A stretch of 64,000 bases of DNA, taken from NCBI GenBank assembly GCA_025558095.1, contig JAIVFI010000020.1:248001-312000 (forward strand), given 5' to 3'. A program made the position numbers and the translations under genes. Of the stretch, positions 1-9,643 are shown piece after piece; positions within the stretch are counted from its first letter, which is position 1; each line of letters begins with the position of its first letter. A model generated the notes under the pieces. It was not told the DNA's origin. It did not search any database and saw nothing but the letters and a program-made list of their open reading frames with translations. Source of the DNA: Hyaloraphidium curvatum SAG 235-1. Taxonomy: Eukaryota > Fungi > Monoblepharomycota.

Positions 1-1351
1 GCCTCCCCACCCCCACCCCGGTTGTCCTTGCCGACCCTGCCCACCACGTCATTGCGCCCCCCCAAGTGACGCTGCTCCATGCCGCCTGCATGATGGCGGC
101 CGTCGCCGCCCTGTTCGCACTGGACGCTGCGATGGACTGGCTGGCTGAGGTGCTCGGGGTGAGCGAGGAGGTCGGCTGGATGGGTGCCGTTGCCCGTTGG
201 GTGGGGTCGGCGGCGTCCCGGGTGCGGGAGTGGGCGAGGAAGAATATGGGCTGCCGGGCACGCAAGAACGGCGGATTTCCGGTCGCTCAAGTCGTCACAC
301 GCACCCTAGCCGCTTCGGCCGCCGTCATCGCCATCTTGGCCGCGATGAGGCGTGCACTGGGCGGATCCGTGACCTGGTCCAACCTGACCGACGCGGCCAT
401 GCTCCTCCCTATCGGCTTCTTCACCGTGACGATGCTCCAGTGGATCCAGGCCGATTCGGCGCCCCGCAAGAGCAAACAGCTTCGCCTTCTGCGCAGGTGC
501 AGGACCGCCAAGATCCTCAAGCCCTCCGCCGCGCCGCCCGGATTCGTCAACGTCGCCACCGCGACCGGACTCGTATTCGTCGCGGCGTTTGCGTACATTC
601 TGTCCTCTCCGTGGTTGCATTCGTTCCCGTTCGACGCCGGCGTCTCCATCCTCGTCGCGGCAGTCTTTGCCTTCGCCGACAGCCAGAGATGGCACAAGTC
701 GGACACAACTGGCCGCTGGATCTCGGACGTCAGGATGACCGTCGGCGACTGGGTGAATGTGTTGTCAGATCCGTGCCTCGTAACCTTTCGCAGCGTGCGC
801 GCCCACGTGAGCGAGGCACTGGAGCGGGAGCGCAAGCTACGCGGCCTCTCGCTCGTCGCACCGAACCGCCATGCCCGCCGGCGCACGACGCGCACGGCGC
901 GCGGCCTCTCTCGCCCAAGGCTGCTGCCTCGGGCGCCGCGATGCCGCCTGCTCTTGGCCGTCGCTCTGGGAGTGGTCCGCGTGCTCTTCGGCGCGCGGTC
1001 GCTGGTCGGTAGCATCACTGCGCTGGCAGCGCACGTGCTCGAGACCCTGTGGAGCTGGGCGGCCGAGGAAGGACAGAAGGCCGGCCCGCCGACGGTCCCT
1101 GGTGCCTGGATGGACACGGACGAGGGGCCAAGGCAGCGCCTTACCACTCTGCTCACCGGTAGGCACATGCACTCGGGTCGTTGGCAGAGCGTTCTGATCG
1201 ACGTCGTCCACTGAAGTCAAGGAGATCAACTGGTTCGTCCAGTCCGCCGCGCAACAAGGCTCCGACCACGATCAACTTGCACGCACCTTTACCTACCCCG
1301 CCTTCGCGGTTCAGGACAGACGCCTTTCTCATTGGCTCACGGGTTCGTCTA
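1..1351 (+). CDS. Hypothetical multi-pass membrane protein, 5'-partial; a late exon is interrupted by Fanzor element A
   Basis: The frame of ORF 66-1214 is open back to the window start and has several hydrophobic segments. Intron 1159-1216 (GTAGGC...GAAG) continues the frame as VKEINWFVQSAAQQG...WLTGSS up to the TA at 1350-1351. The frame resumes after 5085 (RIFIVAPQYG, then a GTGAGT donor). Confidence 0.5.
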
Positions 1352-4300
1352 TTCCGCTTCGGGCCACGCGCATTCTGATGAAATGCCCACAGTGGACCAG
1401 TTCCTCGCCGCCAAGCTGTGCCGCGCGTGGCTCCGCGCCCCGTGGGACGACGCCGCGCAAGCCTGGATGTCTGTCCCTGCGGCGGCGCAGAGCCGCTCGA
1501 CCCGGCGGCGGCGGCGCAGGCAGTTCGGACTCTTCCTCCGCCCCGTACTCGCGCTTGCCACAAGGACGGCTTGGCTCGCCAACGAGGCAACGCTGAGCAT
1601 AGATACGCAGACTGCGGAGCTCAACGGCGAGAATCCTGTGCTTGGAACGGACGACCTCCCGCCGCTGTGCCGCAAGACCCGCGAGGTCATCTTGGCCGAA
1701 ATTGCATTCCTGAGCGCTCCCAGCAGGTAGGCCACGGTGCTGTTGGCCCTTGGGGCGTCGGTCCTCATTCGTACCGTTTCGAAAGGCAAGTGCCCGGCTC
1801 CGAGGGCACGGCCAAGGGCAAGGGCAAGGCCAAGGCACCTCCTGGAGGAGCGGACGGAGATGGGTTGGAGCCGCCGCCGAGCAAGGTCGGCAAGGTGTGC
1901 GGAAGATGCGGGGGGGCCGACCATGAACGGGCCAGCAACAGGCTGTGTCCGTATCACAAGCCCACCATCAAGGCGACGGCGAAGAAGGACGTCGAGCAGG
2001 TTATTAGGGCCGTCGACCATCAAGCTCCCCCTTAAGGGCCTCTGCACCTCGTCACCCGCGTCTTTCGCATCTGTCCACGACACGCTCGCGCTGGCCTACA
2101 CGCCCATGGCAATCGCCGCCGCGCTGCTGCTCAACGAGGGCGTGGCGGCCTGGGTCACGGAGAACCGCGTGCTGCCACAGCTCAACCAGTCGCTGTTGCG
2201 CCGGGTCTTTTTCCTTTGCGCCTCCGGGGAGCTACGCATTCAGGCGAGCGATTCCTTACAGGGACAGGAAGAGTTCTTGCGGTCCTTAGAGCGCATCTGG
2301 CTTGGAGACGGTGGCACACCGGGTCTTCGGGCGAGCTACCCGGCGCGCTTTGCGGCGTTTCGGGCTCCAGGGGCTCGGGGGAGCGCGTCGCCGAACCGCA
2401 TGATCGACCAGTACTTCAGCTCCGAGTTCGACAACATCTACAACGCGACGTTCAAGGACTATCAAGTCAACATCGAGGTGCACCTGGAAAGCGCGGCGAA
2501 CCGCAACTTCAAGAAGCTCGCCGAGCTCCGGTTCTACAAGCTTCCCTGGTGGAACGCGGTGGTGGACGGCGACCCGGAGAAGGAGCTCCCTGCCGAGCGC
2601 AAGTCGGCGATCTTTGCAAGCCTCCTTTCCGCCAGCAAGAGCCGACGCCGGCCCCTCAAAATCTTCAGCCGCACCGCCGCGGCCGGGGATCATTACCTGA
2701 CGGAGCAGGACGTGGAGCTGGCTGTTGCCGCTGGCCAGTCTCTGACATACGGCTGGAAGACGCCGTCGATGCAGCATCACCGAAGCGCTGTGCTGGGGCC
2801 ACACTTTCTGGAGGCGCTGCTGCGTGATGTCCGCGCCGGGCGCGACCTCCACGTTTCCATGCGAGGGGAATTTGCGTCGTGGTTCGAGGAGGAGTTCGAG
2901 ACGATTATGGAGACCGTGGTGCTCAACAAGGTGGCGAGGGCGCAGCTGGCCAAAGACCTCGTGGCCCGCATCACGAGCACCGGTGCGCACAAGTTCAGCG
3001 CGCGGCACATAGCGTTGGGGGAAGGTCCGGCCGCCATCCCCTGGGATACATTGCAGGCCGCTGCGAACACCGGAAATGGCCTTCTCCTGGACCGTCGGGC
3101 GGGCAAGACGGCGGTCGTGCGGGACAGGCTGCAGCACGCCACGATTGTCCAGCTCGTTACCTTCCTCCAGGAGGCATGGGGACATCAAAACGATATCGAA
3201 AGGAACGGGATGCAAGGCGGCGTGAAGGACTGGAACACGCGGCTACGGTTTCTGCACAGGTCGAACTGCCTGATCGGTGCTCTCTATGACATTACCGTGC
3301 CTGCCGGGCCCTTTGATCCGCAGTGGCAGCCGCCCTTGCCGCCCACCTCGGCCCTCCTGCCCTACTTCAACTACCAGACCAAGCACGTCAAGGTCGCTAC
3401 ATTCGATGCGCTGCTGGAGGTTGTGAAACGCCACAAGCGCATGTTTCCCGCCGAGCACGCAGCCGTCATGGACGACCACTTTCCGTTCGGGGAAGAGTTT
3501 GACGAGACCAACGAGTACCACCGGCGGCGTCTGTGGGCTGCGGTCTACGATACGGACAGCCTGCTGCAACGCGAGGTCCGAGGCGGCTTCAGGGACAACT
3601 ACGTTGGGGACAAGACGCGCGCCTTCGCCTTCGCCGTGTCCTCCAATGGTGTCGAGGCTTCGGTGCTTTTCAACAAGGCGGTGCCTAACGACGACTTCGA
3701 GCCGGAGGGCGAGGCTCGCGAGGCCGGTGGTGCGGATGACGAGGCCAGGATCGTCCGCGAGGCCGCCGCCGCTGCCTTCCACGCGGGCCTACGCAGGGGC
3801 ATGGAGCGGGCGGTGCAGTTCGAGGACCAGGCGAGGCGCGGCGAGATCAAGCTGCACGTCCAGGGTCTGGACCCCGGACCGGGCGGCTTCACGCTGGCTC
3901 GGCGCACGGAGGATGGCGAGGCTCGGAGCAAGGTCTTCTTCTACTCGTTCAAGCAGTATCACTACGAGTCTGGCGTGACAAAGCGCCAACGGCAGCAGGA
4001 AGCCCTAACAAAAGCAATGCACGTGACCACGGCCGCCGGGCCGGTCTCTATCCAGACTATCATCAACGCCATCCCCGCGAGCACGATCACCGCCGTCGAC
4101 GCCATCCACCGCCGCAACACGTACATCCTCACGCATCTCGACACGCTGGTCGGCTTCTACAGCGAGTTCCGGGACGAGCGTTTCCAGAACTACCGCGGCA
4201 AACAGATCGCCCTCGAACGCATGGCGCAGGAGCTGCTCGCGATGGAGCATGAAAGCAAGACCGGTTCGCCGAAAACCGCGGAGACCAAGGCGGCGCGGCG

Positions 4301-5083
4301 GAACCGGAAGGGCTGGCGCCGGTGGTTCAGGAGCAAGAGGAGGAAGCGCGCCGGCGGAAATCGTCTGCCGGAGCGCTACGTGATCGTTTGGGGTAACGCC
4401 AAGGTCGGCAGCATGTCCTGGATCAAGAAGCAGATGCGCGGCCCGTTCAAGAAGCTCATCGCGCTGCTGGAGGCACGGCCCGACGTCGTGGTCGTCATGG
4501 AGGACGAGTACGGCACGAGCAAGTGCTGCCACTCGTTCGACCAGTGGAGCCTGGACACGCGGAGGTGCCGGCAGATGCTCAAGGAGCTGGAGCCGACGTA
4601 CCGGCCTCCGGTGGTGGCGGAAGGGGAGCAGGCGGAGGAGCGCAAGTGGCACGTACCGATGGTCATCCCGACCAAAAAACCCTGGTATGTGCGCTGGTGA
4701 GTGTGCTGGCTTCTGCTGCTTTTCTCGATCTGACGCCCGCAAAGGTGCTTCAACCCCGCCTGCCCCGTCGACCACATCCACCGCGACGTGAACGCGTCGC
4801 TGAACATGCTCCGCCTTTACGAGTGGCGCCTCTGGCAGTGGCGCACGGCGCCGGGGATCGACGTGGAACAGACGGGGCGGCCCCCCGGCCTGAGGCGCTT
4901 GTCGTAGAACTGCACCCATCATCTGGGTAACCCTCAACTCTTCAGAACTCCCATCGACCGACGGCGGCTCGCGAGGGCTGGCATACCCTAGGACCGAGCT
5001 CGGTGAACGATGGGATCTCATTGGCCGCTTACAGTCGGGATTCTCGAGGATCTCAGCATTCCGATTTGTAGTTGGAAGCGGAA
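1352..5083 (+). mobile_element. Non-autonomous Fanzor1-carrying DNA transposon (element A) with inverted termini and TA target-site duplication
   Basis: CTATTCCGCTTC (1349-1360) is the exact reverse complement of GAAGCGGAATAG (5075-5086). TA occurs at 1350-1351 and 5084-5085, and the reconstructed empty site is gtCTAGga. The interior holds only the Fanzor gene and a structured 3' region. Confidence 0.8.
1383..4907 (+). CDS. Fanzor1 RNA-guided endonuclease (TnpB/Cas12-like RuvC), about 1,140 aa, with N-terminal CCHC zinc knuckle
   Basis: RuvC-I VQGLDPG (D 3870-3872), RuvC-II VVVMEDEYGTSKCC (E 4506-4508) and RuvC-III HRDVNASLNM (D 4785-4787, reached after intron 4697-4744). Also SSNGVEASVLF, YHYESG, VGFYS, IVWGN and a terminal GRPP. 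Intron 1727-1785 leads to CGRCGGADHERASNRLCP. There is a frame discontinuity near 2000. Confidence 0.9.
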
Positions 5084-5102
5084 TAGGATATTCATCGTTG
5101 CG
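4908..5102 (+). ncRNA. Putative omegaRNA of Fanzor A (scaffold to about 5085, guide from the right flank)
   Basis: Stems: ACCCA 4914/TGGGT 4924; TCCCATCG 4949/CGATGGGA 5008 enclosing ACCGA/TCGGT, GCTCG/CGAGC and AGGG/CCCT; CCGCTT 5025/AAGCGG 5076 enclosing TACAGTCGGGAT/ATTCCGATTTGTA. The region overlaps the right inverted repeat. Confidence 0.7.
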
Positions 5103-5184
5103 CCTCAGTACGGGGTGAGTCAGCGGTGCCGCCCTGCCTTTCCCTGAGCTCAAACACCACACGCTTTCCGTGGACCTCGCACAG

Positions 5185-5227
5185 AGAGCATAGCCAATCA
5201 CGCTCACATAGAGCACAGCCAATCACG
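5185..5227 (+). promoter_or_regulatory. Tandem 18-nt repeat, each copy containing a CCAAT box (AGCCAATCA), just upstream of the HSP20 ATG
   Basis: AGAGCATAGCCAATCACG at 5185-5202 and AGAGCACAGCCAATCACG at 5210-5227. Confidence 0.3.
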
Positions 5228-6222
5228 ATGCCCGTGCCCGCAAACGAGCCGAGCGGCACAAGTGCCTACGCCCCCGTCAAGCCGAGCGACCAGGCGCGCG
5301 AGGCGGCGACCCGCGAAGCCGCCGCGACGGACGCCACCAAGGAAGCAACTGGCCTCATCTCCTCCATGATGAGCTCACTTCCTACCCTGCCCCGCTCGAA
5401 GGACGAATTGGTGGGCGCCATGCCTCCCGCCACGTCACGTTGCCTCACGCCCCACGGAATGGGACAGCTGCAGCAAATCAACCAAATCGAGAGCAACCTC
5501 AAGGCCTTCTACGACGCGATGATGGCGGAAGCGCAGCGCTCGTACCCCGAGCAGCTGGACAAGCTCAAGGGCATCGCCGCGGCGGGCATGGCCAACATCG
5601 AAAGCCTCCGCAACAGCATCCCGACCACGCTCGAGCAGGCCAAGGAGCAGGTCCAGGGCCAGACCAGCAGCTGGAAATCCTGGCCGAGGTGGGTCCGAAA
5701 GCCCCCGCACGGACCCGGACACGCAGCTGACCTCCCCCCAAAGCGACCTGCACACCCAGGCAGCCGCCAAGTTCCCCGTCCTCGGCACCCTCGAAGCCCA
5801 GGCCACCAACGTGCTCGCCAACGTCCCCCGGCTCGGCAGCGGGATCGCCTGGGCGCCCACGGCGGACCTGTTCGAGGAGGAGGGGGCGTTCGTCGTCGTG
5901 CTCGACCTGCCGGGCGTCGACAAGGGGAGGGTCGGGGTGTCGATCAAGGGGATGATGCTCACGGTCGAGGGGACGGTCGATCCGCGCCAGGGCGAAGCTG
6001 GGACGGCCCGCATGCAGGAAAGGAGGTGGGCGATCGCTGGTCCTGTGCGCTTCTCGATTTCTGAGCATCTGTCGCAGGAGCGGCAAGTTCTTCCGCTCCA
6101 TCGCCATCCCGGCCGCCGTGAGGGACGAAATGGCCGAGATCACGCTGGACAAGGCGGTGCTGGAGGTCCGGATGCCCAAGAGCGCCGCGGTCTCGGCCGG
6201 GAAGCAGCCCGTCAGGGCCTGA
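5228..6222 (+). CDS. Small heat-shock protein (HSP20/alpha-crystallin domain) with a long N-terminal extension; multi-exon
   Basis: WAPTADLFEEEGAFVVVLDLPGVDKGRVGV...ERR|SGKFFRSIAIP...LDKAVLEVRMPK; about three short introns. Confidence 0.8.
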
Positions 6223-6274
6223 AGAGCTCCGTAGCGATTCCATTTTGATTGGTTCCACGCCAACACGCTCATAT

Positions 6275-7213
6275 TCACCGGCTGCGCTTCTTCTTCTTCG
6301 CCGGTTTCGGCACCGAGTCGTTGGCCGCGATCCTCACCCCGGCGTCCACGAGGTGTTGCACGATCCGGGCGATGTTGCGCGCGTCGTCGATCCCGCAGTG
6401 CGGTTTCCCCGCGAACGTGAGTCCCAGGTTTGTTAGCATTCCGTCGAGGTTCAGCCGCGGAGTCTTGCGCGCCTCGGAAAAAGCGGTGCGGAGGTCGCAC
6501 CACTCGTTCATGAAGCGCGGCCGCTTGATCTTGGAGGTCAGGCACTGCTTCCGGAGAAAGTCGCGCAGGTCCCATGGCCCGTCGGTGACGAAGAGGATGT
6601 TCTCAAAGCCCGGGGTGGGATCGAACGTCCGCAGCCACGACTGGAAGTCCTCCAGCACGGTCGTGAAGGGCGGCGCGGCGTACACCACGTCCTGCGTGAT
6701 GCCCGTCAGCTTCACGCAGAATTCCGTCAGTTCCGGCTTGACCGTCGGCCGCACAAAGGAGCGGAATTCGGCCACGACGGCGTTGGTCCGCCCGCAGAGC
6801 AGGACCACGGGCCATTCGATGATCTCGTTGTCGTAGTCGAAGCCGCGGTTCTCTTCGCAGGTGGCCTCGACGTCCAGCACCGCGAGGAACTCCCTGGAAT
6901 GCCGCTTCTCCGAGTCGAGTCTGGTTCGTAACAGCGTTTCGATCCGCGACCACTCCTCGTCGTCGAAAAACTCTGTTCCGTCCGCCCTTCGCGGCCTTTG
7001 ATCGGTGGTTTCCTCTTCCAACTGGTCGGTCGGAGCCTCTGCAGTCTCGTTCAGCTCCGGTGCGGCCGGTGTGCTATTGAGCTGGGCTTCCAGCTTTTTC
7101 CTCTTCTTCTTGAGCCATGTCTTCAGTGTCCGCTTATTGCCCCTGCTCTCCAGGCCCAGATCCTGAAGAGTCTCCCGGAGATGGACGACTGGAGGCGTGG
7201 CCTCGGCCTCCAT
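6275..7213 (-). CDS. ERI1: ERI1-like 3'-5' exoribonuclease (SAP domain + DEDDh)
   Basis: SAP-like LRETLQDLGLESRGNKRTL; LAVLDVEATC, EIIEWP, TDGPWDL and PHCGIDDARN motifs. Confidence 0.85.
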   Translation of the reverse strand: MEAEATPPVVHLRETLQDLGLESRGNKRTLKTWLKKKRKKLEAQLNSTPAAPELNETAEAPTDQLEEETTDQRPRRADGTEFFDDEEWSRIETLLRTRLDSEKRHSREFLAVLDVEATCEENRGFDYDNEIIEWPVVLLCGRTNAVVAEFRSFVRPTVKPELTEFCVKLTGITQDVVYAAPPFTTVLEDFQSWLRTFDPTPGFENILFVTDGPWDLRDFLRKQCLTSKIKRPRFMNEWCDLRTAFSEARKTPRLNLDGMLTNLGLTFAGKPHCGIDDARNIARIVQHLVDAGVRIAANDSVPKPAKKKKRSR

Positions 7214-7405
7214 GTATGGGAACGGCGTGGACGGTGCCCGGAGCCCGCGGGCCCCGAATCGCGCTCGCGGCGCGATGCAGCAGAGCCGCGGAAGCTGCCG
7301 AAGAATCTTTAGAGCGCAGGCCGGCCCGGCATCCGCAAGCACCGCGGGAAGGTCGTGCGTTGTTGACGCCCACGCGTCATCACTGGTGTCTCCCGGCCTT
7401 CCGCC

Positions 7406-9607
7406 ATGGAGCTCGACCGGCAGGCGTCATTCAGCTCGTCGAATGAGCGGCAGCCGCCGTCGCTGCTCAATCTTCCCACGGAACTTTGTACAATAATCGT
7501 CTCCGCGGTGGTCGCGCCCGGCCGCGGCCCCGGACACGGCCCGACGTGGAGCACCGACCGGAGGCGCAACCCCGCGCCGCACGAACTCGACGTGGACTGG
7601 TTCCCGCTGAGGGACCGCAGGCGCGACGTGGTCAACCTGCTGCTGGCCACCGCTCGCCCCCGCTCGCGAGGCGCGCAGCCCAACATCGCCGAGGTCTGCG
7701 CTGACGCGCTGTGGGCCGTCGTCAAGATCCGCACCGGCGAGCAGGTGGAGATCCTGGACCGCGGGATCTCGCTCGCGGGCTTCGGCAACAAGAGCCGCGC
7801 ATCGAATCCTCCGTTAGGGGGCAGGGTCAGCGGGCTCCCCCTCGCGAGGAGCCTCTTCGGTGCCGTCGTTTCCCTCTTTCGAGGACCACAGCCCGCGGCC
7901 CAACCTGTCCAGGGCAAGTCTTCCACGGGGCCGCAGGGCCCCCCACCGGCCCCGCCTCTCTTTTCATACGTCGAGACCGTTCGGTACCTGCGGATCGACG
8001 CGACCCGGCCCTCGGAACTGCGCCGCGTCGTCTCGTTTCTGCGGCAGCTGAGGGTCCTGGAGCACCTGACTTTCGGCTACGCCGTGGACCTCCCCTCGGC
8101 AAGCACCCTGTTTGCCCTCCTCGAGGCGGTCAACGGCGGCACCCCCGAGGGGAGGGCGCGCATGAGGGGCCTCGAAATCCTCAACACCGCCATGTCGCCG
8201 GCCGAGGTCAGGACCGGGGACCGGGACGAGGTCGCCAAAGTGTGGACCGGCCTCTTTGACGTCCTGCCAAACCTGACCACCATTTGGATCCCGCACTGGA
8301 GCCCGCCCAACGACCCGTCGATCCTGCTTCGTGCTCTGGAGCGCAAGTGGACCAGCGGGGAGGGGCTGGGAATCGAGAGAATGTACGTGATCCTCAACGG
8401 CTATTCCCCCGAGAACATCCTGGAAGTCGCGAAGCGGCTGGTCGCCGCCGAGGACCGGCTTCCCGCGCTGCTGCAGCCCGAGGACGCCGGCAGGATGGTC
8501 GCCCGGGAAGCCCGGCCCCCGTTGACGGACTTTGTCCTCTACGCGCGGCCCGGGACGAACGATCCCGTGTTTGCCAAGCCCCTGGCCCGCACGCTCGTGG
8601 AGAACGTCGTCAACACCCTGTGCGCCTCTTCGATCGAACACTTTTCGTGCATGTCTACCTTTCCTGTCGTCACGCGCGACCAGCCCATCGAGCGGGGCAA
8701 CCGGCTGCCGAAGCTGACGGTCATGGGCTCGTTTGACATCGACACCCCCCAGATCCCCGACGTCGAATCGCTCGTCCGCTTCCTCTCCGTGCACAGCGTC
8801 GAGCAGCTCAACCTGCGCTACACGGCCTTTGCCCCTTCCAAGGTGGACCTGCAGTTCCTGGCGGGGGAAGGGCCCCTCCATTCGCTGCTGAAGTTGCAGA
8901 CGTTCTCGTGCCTGGGCGGGCTGTACGTCGCCAGCCCTGGGCCGGTCGGTCTCGACGAAACCGCCCCGGATCTTTTCGACTTTGACGCCTTCGATCTCGC
9001 GGCCGTCCCGGCTCCGCCGACGTCGGTGCAGACGCCGAGCGACTTTTTCGCCTGCATGGTGCACTTTTCAGCCGAAACCCTCGAGAGCCTCGAGATCGTG
9101 GACAACGCGGGCGGCGAGGACTGGTCGCGGCACGCGCTCCACCTGTGGCGGCACGCCGTGACCGTGCAGGTGCTCGGTGTCGTAGCCAGGCGGCTCCGCG
9201 GAACGGGGACGGGGAGGCGCGCGCTGCACGTGCGGGTCGGATCGCACGGGTTCGGGCCGCGGACGCTCGAGGGCATGGGCAGGGCCGTCGTGCGGCTGGC
9301 GGAGCGGGCGGCGGCGGGGGGCGAGCCGGCGAGGCTGGCCCTCAAGCTCGAGATCGACTGCCAGAGCTGGCCGTTCGACTCGAAGCGGGAGATATGCGAG
9401 GCGATGCGGGTTGCAAAGTACCGCAAGGTGCTGCCGCAGCAGGGGGCCGGGGGTAACGTATTTGCGCACTTCCCGCCCGTTTCGGACACCGTCGTCGGGG
9501 AGACGTTCCGGCTGACGATCGGGACGGACAGGCCGGATTCGATGGCAGAGTGGGCCGGGTTCATGTCGGCATGGGACTTGGTTCGCAGCCGACCGCGGAG
9601 AACGTAG
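7406..9607 (+). CDS. F-box-like/LRR-like hypothetical protein (733 aa)
   Basis: Long intronless ORF with N-terminal LLNLPTELCTIIV and leucine-rich repeat-like segments. Confidence 0.55.
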   Translation: MELDRQASFSSSNERQPPSLLNLPTELCTIIVSAVVAPGRGPGHGPTWSTDRRRNPAPHELDVDWFPLRDRRRDVVNLLLATARPRSRGAQPNIAEVCADALWAVVKIRTGEQVEILDRGISLAGFGNKSRASNPPLGGRVSGLPLARSLFGAVVSLFRGPQPAAQPVQGKSSTGPQGPPPAPPLFSYVETVRYLRIDATRPSELRRVVSFLRQLRVLEHLTFGYAVDLPSASTLFALLEAVNGGTPEGRARMRGLEILNTAMSPAEVRTGDRDEVAKVWTGLFDVLPNLTTIWIPHWSPPNDPSILLRALERKWTSGEGLGIERMYVILNGYSPENILEVAKRLVAAEDRLPALLQPEDAGRMVAREARPPLTDFVLYARPGTNDPVFAKPLARTLVENVVNTLCASSIEHFSCMSTFPVVTRDQPIERGNRLPKLTVMGSFDIDTPQIPDVESLVRFLSVHSVEQLNLRYTAFAPSKVDLQFLAGEGPLHSLLKLQTFSCLGGLYVASPGPVGLDETAPDLFDFDAFDLAAVPAPPTSVQTPSDFFACMVHFSAETLESLEIVDNAGGEDWSRHALHLWRHAVTVQVLGVVARRLRGTGTGRRALHVRVGSHGFGPRTLEGMGRAVVRLAERAAAGGEPARLALKLEIDCQSWPFDSKREICEAMRVAKYRKVLPQQGAGGNVFAHFPPVSDTVVGETFRLTIGTDRPDSMAEWAGFMSAWDLVRSRPRRT

Positions 9608-9643
9608 AGCAAAACTGTGAAGGAAGTATGTTTTGGGGGGAAT

